DNA from: an uncultured Planctomycetia bacterium | Lineage (GTDB): Bacteria; Omnitrophota; Gorgyraeia; 2-01-FULL-45-10 | DNA length: 64,000 nt | Assembly (NCBI GenBank): GCA_964352425.1 | Contig: CAYGRZ010000001.1 | Coordinates: 672 to 64,671 of the forward strand | Direction of reading: 5' to 3' | Shown here: positions 56,375-64,000 of the stretch, in pieces | Layout: every line of letters begins with the position of its first letter | Numbering within the stretch: the first letter of the stretch is position 1 | The notes under the pieces: generated by a model | What the model was told of the DNA's origin: nothing | Databases searched by the model: none | What the model saw: the letters and a program-made list of their open reading frames with translations, nothing else | Made by a program: the position numbers and the translations under genes

Positions 56375-56676
56375 TGGATAACGATAAAAAGGACATGCCC
56401 GAAGGGCCGGGGACGATGCCTGAAGCAAGTTTCGGGTTTTTTATATCCGGACTTATGATGGAGGCTCTTATAGCGATGGGTGAGCTTGAGAACCCGGTCA
56501 CAAAAAAGAAAGAATTCGACCTGAAGCACGCCACGTTCGTCATCGACACGCTCGCGATGCTGAAAGATAAGACCAGGAACAACCTTAGCGGCGAAGAGGA
56601 TGGCGCGCTCGAGGCCGTGCTCTACGACCTCAGGATGCGGTTCGTCGCGAAGGCCGACAAAGGAAAGGCTCCGTAG
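56374..56676 (+). CDS. DUF1844-family protein
   Basis: F..FISGL...AL..MG...NP, A...ID.L.ML..KT.NNL, L.DLR.RF; TAATG coupling to patatin. Confidence 0.8.
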   Translation: MDNDKKDMPEGPGTMPEASFGFFISGLMMEALIAMGELENPVTKKKEFDLKHATFVIDTLAMLKDKTRNNLSGEEDGALEAVLYDLRMRFVAKADKGKAP

Positions 56677-57618
56677 ATGCTGATGAGCATCGTACTGTCC
56701 GTCCTTGCCGTAGCCCTGGCCTGCCTTGGATGTGCGGTCTTTTACCTGATGATCCGCATGAAAGATATCCAGTCGGCGCTTCAGTCGCTCGATCAGAAGC
56801 TGCCGCTCTACGACCAGATCAGGAAGCAGGCATCCGAATCGATCGAGAACCTGAACGTGCGCATCGGCAGCCTGAACCAGAAGGCCGATCAGATCTCGCA
56901 CGTGATGACCGAGGTGACGAGCCTTCGCAACCTGTTCACGATGCCCAAGGGCGCCGGCGGCGCGGGCGAGAGGCTACTCGAAAAGGCGCTCCACGACGTG
57001 CTGCCCGACGGCTCGTACCAGACACAGGTCCGCCTGAGTTCCGGGACGGTGGACTTCGTGATCAAGTTCAAGGATTGCATCGTTCCGATAGACTCGAAGC
57101 TGTCGCTCGAAGACTTCAATAAAATGCTCTCGGTTACCGACGAGGCCGCACAACGCTCCCACTGGCGCGCGTTCACAAGCGCTGTAAAGAAGAGGATAGA
57201 CGAGACCTCAAAGTATATACTGCCGAATGAGAAGACGACCGATTTCGCGCTTATGTACATCGCCTCGGAGAGCGTCTATTATGAGGCTTTCATCAAGGAC
57301 AAGCAGTTCGGCGAAGACAATACCCTGATCGATTATGCGATCAGGAAACGCGTCTATCCGACCTCGCCCCAGACGGTCTATCCCTATCTGATGACGATAT
57401 TGCAGGGGATGAAGGCGCTGAAGATAGAGGAGAATGCCAGGGATATCCTCGGCAAGGTCACGGGATTGCGGAATGATTATGAGCGGTTCAAATCAATCTA
57501 CACCATCATCATCGGACACATAGACAACGCCTATTCCAAACACAATAACGAGGCCCTGGCCGCAATGACGAAGCTTGAGGGGCACATAGCGGGCCTCGAA
57601 CACCGCAACCTCGCGTAA
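56677..57618 (+). CDS. rmuC: RmuC-family protein
   Basis: N-terminal TM and coiled coil, GE..LE..L, VD..IK, PIDSK, YI.P...TDFALMYI.SE. Confidence 0.85.
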   Translation: MLMSIVLSVLAVALACLGCAVFYLMIRMKDIQSALQSLDQKLPLYDQIRKQASESIENLNVRIGSLNQKADQISHVMTEVTSLRNLFTMPKGAGGAGERLLEKALHDVLPDGSYQTQVRLSSGTVDFVIKFKDCIVPIDSKLSLEDFNKMLSVTDEAAQRSHWRAFTSAVKKRIDETSKYILPNEKTTDFALMYIASESVYYEAFIKDKQFGEDNTLIDYAIRKRVYPTSPQTVYPYLMTILQGMKALKIEENARDILGKVTGLRNDYERFKSIYTIIIGHIDNAYSKHNNEALAAMTKLEGHIAGLEHRNLA

Positions 57619-57663
57619 AATCTGCTTTACTTACAGCCTCTCTTATGATAAGTTAATAACCCG

Positions 57664-58635
57664 ATGCGTAAACAGCTGTCATTTATCATCCGGATCACCG
57701 TAAGCCTGGCCCTTATAATGGTATTATTATACGTTATGCGGGGCAAATACGGCCAGATACTCGATGTGCTGAAGGGCGCCAGCCTCCCGGTCTTCGGCAT
57801 AGCGTTCGCCGCGTTTATAATGGCCATAGCTACGGCCTCATTCAGGCTGATGCTGATCATAGAGGCGCAGGATATCTCCATCACCTTTATGGAGGCGCTC
57901 TCGCTTACCTTCATCGGGTACTTCTTCAACAATTTTCTCCCCACGGCCATAGGCGGCGACGTCGTCAAGGCTTACTACCTTGGCAAAAAGAGCCGTAATG
58001 CGACAGGATCTTACACCTCGGTATTCGTGGACAGGGCCATGGGCCTCTTCACGATGGTACTTATGGCATTTTTCGCGCTCCTTTTTTTCAGAGGATCCCT
58101 TGTCGATAATACAGTGCGGTATTCCGTATTCGCCATTACCGCCATCGCCGTGCTCGGCATAATCTTCATGGCCAACAAAGGCTTCGCCAGGCGCTTCTCC
58201 GTACTACTGAAGCTGGTCAAGCCGCTGGAGGAGAAGCTCATAAAGCTCTATCATGCGGTGAACAAATACCGGCACCACTGGCTCTTGATGCTGAAGACGC
58301 TCCTGATATCGGTGGTAAGCCAGCTGATGTTCTTTGCGTCCTACGGCATCCTGGCCCGGAGCATAGGCTCGCGCATAGCTTCGATCGACATCCTGGTGAG
58401 GATGCCGATAGTCAGCATGGCAAGTCTCCTGCCGTCGATAAACGGGCTCGGGGTCCGCGAGGGCGCCATGGTTGTCTTTTTCGGGCCGCTGATCGGCAAC
58501 GCGAACGCGTTTGCTGTCAGCATCCTTGCGATACTTGCCCTTCTGGTCATCAGCCTTATCGGTGGCCTGATCTACGCTTTGAGCCCGCAGTTCAAGGTAA
58601 AATTCAATGAGATAGAAAAAGGAGAGAGCGCATGA
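57664..58635 (+). CDS. Lysylphosphatidylglycerol synthase TM (flippase-like) membrane protein
   Basis: GYFFNNFLP..GGD..K, DR, LP...GLGVREG; multiple TM helices. Confidence 0.85.
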   Translation: MRKQLSFIIRITVSLALIMVLLYVMRGKYGQILDVLKGASLPVFGIAFAAFIMAIATASFRLMLIIEAQDISITFMEALSLTFIGYFFNNFLPTAIGGDVVKAYYLGKKSRNATGSYTSVFVDRAMGLFTMVLMAFFALLFFRGSLVDNTVRYSVFAITAIAVLGIIFMANKGFARRFSVLLKLVKPLEEKLIKLYHAVNKYRHHWLLMLKTLLISVVSQLMFFASYGILARSIGSRIASIDILVRMPIVSMASLLPSINGLGVREGAMVVFFGPLIGNANAFAVSILAILALLVISLIGGLIYALSPQFKVKFNEIEKGESA

Positions 58636-58811
58636 TAGATAAAGAGCTGCTGGACATTCTCGCGTGCCCGGCGTGTAAAGCGGACGTGAAACTCGAAGGC
58701 GACAGGATCGTCTGCACGAAATGCGGCAGGCGCTACCCGGTAAAGGACGATATCCCGATCATGCTGATCGACGAGGCCGAGATGCCCGGCGAAACAAGGA
58801 AAGAGGGGTAA
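58632..58811 (+). CDS. Trm112/YcaR-family protein (59 aa, not in the ORF track)
   Basis: Hand translation MIDKELLDILACPACKADV...VCTKCGRRYPVKDDIPIMLIDEA. Confidence 0.92.
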   Translation: MIDKELLDILACPACKADVKLEGDRIVCTKCGRRYPVKDDIPIMLIDEAEMPGETRKEG

Positions 58812-58814
58812 CCG

Positions 58815-59255
58815 ATGCCGAAGATCCTGGTCATTCACGGTCCCAACCTCAATCTGCTCGGCGCCAGAGAAGTGAACGTCTACGGGAAGGTCACCATCGA
58901 TGAGATCAATAAGGATCTCGAGGCTGCCGCCAAGGCACGGGGCATGAGCCTGAAGATCGTGCAGTCAAACCATGAAGGCGAAATAGTCGAGCTGATAGGC
59001 GCGTCGAAGGGCGCGTTCGACGCGATCCTGATCAATCCGGCTGCCTACACCCATACGAGCGTTGCCATTCGCGACGCGATAAGCGCGGTCGGCGTGCCCA
59101 CGGTCGAGGTGCACCTTTCGAATATCTACAGCCGCGAAGAGTTCCGCCACACGTCGCTGATAGCTCCGGTGGCAAAGGGGCAGGTCGCGGGATTCGGCAA
59201 GATGAGTTATATTCTCGGACTGGAAGCGGCGATCGGCCTTATTGAGAAAAAATGA
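58815..59255 (+). CDS. aroQ: Type II 3-dehydroquinate dehydratase
   Basis: [35 protein letters not shown]...RE.FRH. Confidence 0.97.
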   Translation: MPKILVIHGPNLNLLGAREVNVYGKVTIDEINKDLEAAAKARGMSLKIVQSNHEGEIVELIGASKGAFDAILINPAAYTHTSVAIRDAISAVGVPTVEVHLSNIYSREEFRHTSLIAPVAKGQVAGFGKMSYILGLEAAIGLIEKK

Positions 59256-60307
59256 CGGCCCCCGAATACCGGAATCGCATCGCTCTTTTAAAAAAGGAAC
59301 TGTCAGGGCGCAGGCTTGATTCGCTGCTGGTGACCGACGATACGAACGTCTCGTACATGAGCGGTTTCACGGGGCACGACTCGATGCTGCTCGTGACGCG
59401 CGGAGATGATTTCTTCATCACCGACTCGAGATATCTTGAGGAGGCGCAAGGCTCGATACGCCACTTCGATATACGCCTCGTCGAGGTTTCGGCATTCGAT
59501 ACGATCTTACGTGTCGTGAAGAAGGCCCGTCTTAAAAATGTAGGCTTTGAATCGATGGATCTGCCGTGTGCGGTGGCAGGGCGTCTGAAAAAAATACTGA
59601 AATCCGTTACGCTTACAGGCCAGAAGGACATCGTTGAAAACTTACGCGCGGTCAAGGACCGCGGCGAGATCGCCCTGATAAAGAATTCAATCCGCCTTAC
59701 GCGGAAGGTCTTAGGCGCGCTTACCGGGATGGCGAGGCCCGGCATATCGGAGAAGACGCTGGCAAAGAGATGCGAGATCGCTTTTATTGAAGCCGGCGCG
59801 AAGGCGGCGTTTGAGCCGATCGTCGCCACGGGGGCGAACGCGTCAAGGCCCCACTCAAGGCCGACCGACGGGACAATACAGAAAGACTCTTTTGTGATGA
59901 TCGATATCGGCTGCTGCCTGCAGGGGTACTGCTCCGACATGACGAGGGTGGTGACGCTCGGGCGCGTCAAAGAGAAGTTCAGGAAGATGTATTCTACGGT
60001 GCGGGCGGCGCAGGAGATCGCGATTGGAAAGGTCGGGCCCGGAGCCAGGGCATCCGACGTCGATAGCGCTGCGCGCTCGCTTATCGAGCGGCACGGTTTC
60101 GGGAAATATTTCGGCCACTCGGTGGGCCACGGCGTCGGCATGAAAGTCCATGAAGGGCCGTCGATATCGCGCATAAGCCGGACGAGGCTTGTGCCCGGGA
60201 TGGTGTTCACCGTCGAGCCGGCCATATACGTGCCGAAGTTCGGCGGAGTCAGGATAGAGGACATGGTCCTCGTGACAGACAGAGGATGCGAAGTGCTGAC
60301 ACGGTAA
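59252..60307 (+). CDS. Xaa-Pro aminopeptidase (M24)
   Basis: [38 protein letters not shown]. Confidence 0.92.
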   Translation: MTAPEYRNRIALLKKELSGRRLDSLLVTDDTNVSYMSGFTGHDSMLLVTRGDDFFITDSRYLEEAQGSIRHFDIRLVEVSAFDTILRVVKKARLKNVGFESMDLPCAVAGRLKKILKSVTLTGQKDIVENLRAVKDRGEIALIKNSIRLTRKVLGALTGMARPGISEKTLAKRCEIAFIEAGAKAAFEPIVATGANASRPHSRPTDGTIQKDSFVMIDIGCCLQGYCSDMTRVVTLGRVKEKFRKMYSTVRAAQEIAIGKVGPGARASDVDSAARSLIERHGFGKYFGHSVGHGVGMKVHEGPSISRISRTRLVPGMVFTVEPAIYVPKFGGVRIEDMVLVTDRGCEVLTR

Positions 60308-60313
60308 ACAGAT

Positions 60314-60389
60314 GTAGTCCCACGGCTGCTCCTGTTCGTCGCAGCCTTTGGGACGAATTTTGCACCATACACGACTAGGACAAAATTCG
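60314..60389 (+). other. Two adjacent hairpins in the peptidase-accB spacer
   Basis: GTCCCA-GGCTGC / GCAGCC-TGGGAC (60317-60354) and GAATTTTG / CAAAATTC (60355-60388), abutting GGAGG. Confidence 0.6.
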
Positions 60390-60398
60390 GAGGAAGCA

Positions 60399-60851
<453 letters not shown>

Positions 60852-60858
60852 GGCCCAT

Positions 60859-62208
60859 ATGTTCTCGAAGATACTGATAGCCAACAGAGGCGAAGTCGCA
60901 TTACGGATCGTACGTGCATGTAAGGAGCTCGGCATACGCACGGTCGCGGTCTATTCGGTACCGGACATACACAGCCTCCACGTTAAATATGCCGACGAGG
61001 CTATCTGTATAGGTTCCGCCGCCAGCGCGAACAGTTATCTGAACATACCGGGCATCATCAGCGCGGCCGAGATAACCGACGTCGAGGCGATACATCCCGG
61101 CTACGGATTTCTTGCCGAAGACGCGCATTTCGCCGAGATCTGCGAATCGTGCAAGATCAAGTTCATAGGCCCGACCCCCGAGAACATACGGCGCATGGGC
61201 GACAAGATGGCGGCCAAGGACAGCGCGAAGAAGGCGGGCGTGCCGACGATACCGGGTTCGAAGACCTGCGTGAAGACGAAGGAAGAGGCGATAAAGATCG
61301 CCAAGGAGATGAAGTACCCGGTCATTATAAAAGCCGCGGCGGGCGGCGGCGGAAAAGGGATGAGGGTCTGCCATAACGACGTCAGGCTGATCAGCGCATT
61401 CTTGACCGCGCAGCGCGAAGCCGAAGCCGCGTTCGGCAACCCGGACGTGTACATAGAGAAGTATATCGAGCGGCCGCGGCATATCGAGATCCAGGTGCTG
61501 GGTGATACGCGCGGCCACATCGTCCATCTCGGCGAAAGGGACTGCACGATCCAGAGGCGCCACCAGAAGCTTATCGAAGAGACCCCCTCGCCGGTACTGG
61601 ACGCGAAGCTGCGCAAGAAGATGGGCGATGCGGCAGTCAAGTGCGCCAGGGCCATCGGGTACGTCAACGCGGGGACCGTCGAGTTCCTGCTCGATGAGGA
61701 CAATTCATTCTACTTCATGGAGATGAACACCCGCATACAGGTCGAGCATCCGATCACCGAGATGGTCACCGGCATCGACCTCGTGAAAGAACAGATCAGG
61801 ATAGCCTCGGGGGAGAAGATATCCTACAAGCAGGATGACATCAAATTCAACGGCTGCGCGATCGAGTGCCGCATCAACGCCGAAGACCCCGATAACGATT
61901 TCATGCCGTGCCCCGGCAAGATAAGCGTCTTCAACGCCCCCGGCGGCCGGGGGGTGAGGCTCGATACGCACGCCTACCAGGGCTACGAGATATCGCCGTA
62001 CTACGATTCGATGATAGGCAAGCTGATCGTCCACGGCAAGAACAGGGCCGAGGCGATCAGTATTGCGAAGAGGGCGCTCGACGAATTTACGATAGAGCCG
62101 ATAAAGACGACCATTTCGTTCCATAAACGGGTTATGAACAACCCGGCGTTCCTGAGGGGAAGGTTCTCGACCGATTTCGTAGAGAGGCTTTTCGAAAAGA
62201 AAGATTAG
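60859..62208 (+). CDS. accC: Biotin carboxylase
   Basis: [51 protein letters not shown]. Confidence 0.97.
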   Translation: MFSKILIANRGEVALRIVRACKELGIRTVAVYSVPDIHSLHVKYADEAICIGSAASANSYLNIPGIISAAEITDVEAIHPGYGFLAEDAHFAEICESCKIKFIGPTPENIRRMGDKMAAKDSAKKAGVPTIPGSKTCVKTKEEAIKIAKEMKYPVIIKAAAGGGGKGMRVCHNDVRLISAFLTAQREAEAAFGNPDVYIEKYIERPRHIEIQVLGDTRGHIVHLGERDCTIQRRHQKLIEETPSPVLDAKLRKKMGDAAVKCARAIGYVNAGTVEFLLDEDNSFYFMEMNTRIQVEHPITEMVTGIDLVKEQIRIASGEKISYKQDDIKFNGCAIECRINAEDPDNDFMPCPGKISVFNAPGGRGVRLDTHAYQGYEISPYYDSMIGKLIVHGKNRAEAISIAKRALDEFTIEPIKTTISFHKRVMNNPAFLRGRFSTDFVERLFEKKD

Positions 62209-62226
62209 CACTAAGGAGGAGTCCGC

Positions 62227-62619
62227 ATGGCAAGCGACACGTCACACAGGGACAGGGCGACGGACCTCGGCGTCGTCAGGATCAATAACGACGCGATCAC
62301 GACCATCGCGTCGATAGCGGCGATGGAGGTCAGTGGCGTCTATAAGATGGGGGCAGGTTCGAGAAAAAATATCCGCGACTTCTTCTGCCGCAAGTACAGC
62401 TCCCGGGGCGTCAGGATCGATATGAAGGAGAGCGAGATCAGGCTCATCGTTTCCATTGTGGTCGAATACGGCATGGACATACCCCGTATTGCAGACGAGG
62501 TCCAGGATTGCGTGAAACGGGCCGTCGAGAAGATGACGGGTCTTATAATGTCAGAGGTCGACGTCGTGGTCGAAGGCGTGCGCGCTCCGGCGCTTGACAA
62601 AGACAAGAAAGGGGTCTAG
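62227..62619 (+). CDS. Asp23/Gls24 family envelope stress protein
   Basis: G.V.I..D.I..IA..AA.EV.GV, V.YG..IP..A..VQ, V..MTGL. Confidence 0.92.
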   Translation: MASDTSHRDRATDLGVVRINNDAITTIASIAAMEVSGVYKMGAGSRKNIRDFFCRKYSSRGVRIDMKESEIRLIVSIVVEYGMDIPRIADEVQDCVKRAVEKMTGLIMSEVDVVVEGVRAPALDKDKKGV

Positions 62620-62621
62620 CG

Positions 62622-63233
62622 ATGAGATTTTTGGGCGGATTGACGTTGTTCTTTTACACGATGGTGTTCCTTATGGTCGGCGGCCTCCTCATATCGGTAG
62701 CGCTGAACCTGGTATCGCAGGAGTCCGTCCTTGAGACCCTGAACACGATCTACGCGACGCAGAACACACGCCTCGTCATGGGCATCACGGGGTTCCTGAT
62801 CATCTTCATCAGCATAATGGTCGTCCAGGTGACGGTGGGCAAGATACAGAGGGAGAAGACGATCGCATTCGAGAACCCTGACGGCCAGGTCACGATATCC
62901 TTAAGCGCGATAGAGGATTTCATAAAGAGGGCCCTGAAACAGCTGCCCGAAGTAAAAGAGCTTAAGCCGTTCGTCAGGGCGGGCAAGAAAGGCATCACGA
63001 TAATCAACCGTGTGATACTGTTCTCGGACATCAACATTCCGGAGACGACAGAGAAGATACAGAACCTCGTCAAGACGCGCGTCCAGGACATGCTGGGCGT
63101 CGAGGAGCCGATCAGCATCAGGGTGCATGTGACGAAGATCGTCCACAAAGAAGAGGCCGCAAAAAACGTGAAGAAGGATGACAAGCCCCAGCCACCGACA
63201 TTCAGGGGCAGCATAGAGTACGGAAGCTATTAA
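62622..63233 (+). CDS. amaP: AmaP-like alkaline shock response membrane anchor
   Basis: Two TM helices, G.V.IS..AIE motif; directly follows the Asp23 gene. Confidence 0.8.
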   Translation: MRFLGGLTLFFYTMVFLMVGGLLISVALNLVSQESVLETLNTIYATQNTRLVMGITGFLIIFISIMVVQVTVGKIQREKTIAFENPDGQVTISLSAIEDFIKRALKQLPEVKELKPFVRAGKKGITIINRVILFSDINIPETTEKIQNLVKTRVQDMLGVEEPISIRVHVTKIVHKEEAAKNVKKDDKPQPPTFRGSIEYGSY

Positions 63234-63243
63234 GGAGGGGATC

Positions 63244-64000
63244 ATGGAAAGGATTGGAGTGCTGACCGGGGGCGGCGATTGCCCCGGCCTCAACGCGGTG
63301 ATACGGGCGGTCGTGACGAAGGCCTCCCAGAACAACATCAAAGTCATAGGCATAAAGAACGGGTGGAAGGGCCTTGTGGAGGCAGATACCATAGATCTCG
63401 GCCCCGACGCGGTATCGGATATCCTGCCGAAGGGCGGCACGATACTCGGCACATCCAGGACGAATCCCTACAAAAAGCCGGAAGACCTGCAGAAGGTGAT
63501 CGATAATTACAAAAAGCTGAAACTCGACGCGCTGATCGCGATCGGCGGCGAGGATACGCTCGGCGTCGCGAACAAGTTGAACAAAGAGAAGAAGGGCGTC
63601 AATATCGTCGGCTGCCCGAAGACCATCGATAACGACCTGAACGCGACTGACTACACGTTCGGCTTCGACACCGCCGTCAACATCGCGATGGAGGCGATCG
63701 ACAGGCTCCACACGACGGCTGAGAGCCACCACAGGGTCATGGTAGCCGAAGTGATGGGAAGGCACGCGGGCTGGATCGCGCTTCACTCCGGGATCGCGTC
63801 GAGCGCGAACGTTGTCCTTATACCCGAATTCCCGATCGATCTCGACGAGGTCTGCGCCATATTGAAGAAACGCAAGGAAAACGGAAAGCTGTATTCGATC
63901 GTCGTCGTCGCCGAAGGCGCCCGGTTGAAGGCCGCCCAGGCAGTCCTGAAGAAAGAAAAGCTCGACGCGTTCGGCCATGTCCTCCTCGGCGGCATCGGCG
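63244..64000 (+). CDS. pfkA: 6-phosphofructokinase (runs off the window end; not in the ORF track)
   Basis: Hand translation MERIGVLTGGGDCPGLNAVIRAVV, GGTILGTSR, IGGEDT, PKTIDND, EVMGRHAGW; AAGGAGG RBS. Confidence 0.95.
   Translation, partial: MERIGVLTGGGDCPGLNAVIRAVVTKASQNNIKVIGIKNGWKGLVEADTIDLGPDAVSDILPKGGTILGTSRTNPYKKPEDLQKVIDNYKKLKLDALIAIGGEDTLGVANKLNKEKKGVNIVGCPKTIDNDLNATDYTFGFDTAVNIAMEAIDRLHTTAESHHRVMVAEVMGRHAGWIALHSGIASSANVVLIPEFPIDLDEVCAILKKRKENGKLYSIVVVAEGARLKAAQAVLKKEKLDAFGHVLLGGIG

Overview
A 64 kb, moderately GC-rich stretch of bacterial core chromosome, almost all on the + strand. Protein style and gene content suggest Candidatus Omnitrophota or a related anaerobe; this is inference and was not tested. 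Main blocks: rpmB / recG-rsmD-coaD-pta-ackA-rpmF-plsX-fabH-fabD; rubrerythrin-cupin-radical SAM; gpsA; tRNA-Pro-hom-thrC-apgM-lysC-cimA; valS-nadC-uvrB-birA-coaX; hsp20-efp-maf-pgi; an aldolase/AlaDH/exonuclease cluster; glgP; an NTase-TPM-LemA-DHH-GGDEF block; rpsU; and aroQ-pepQ-accBC-asp23-amaP-pfkA (truncated). I saw no prophage, transposase, integrase or CRISPR array. The unusual signals are small-scale: (1) a complete promoter-RBS-ORF-terminator unit encoding a 19-aa MCKTCGC + poly-Lys microprotein, followed by a ~500-bp palindrome-rich noncoding locus with DnaA-box-like sites; (2) 7-bp tandem repeats and REP-like hairpins written in frame into loops or ends of RecG, NadC, ThrC, AckA and an NYN protein; (3) a tRNA-Pro 5' half interrupted at the anticodon by a structured insert; (4) a radical SAM/SPASM - transmembrane - glutaminyl-cyclase-like fusion; (5) a pseudo-nucleotidyltransferase/TPM/LemA module next to a REC-GGDEF-MshEN protein; (6) a small heat-shock protein with a signal peptide and an EF-P with Asn at the loop tip. 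All family calls come from motif recognition by eye, not from database searches.
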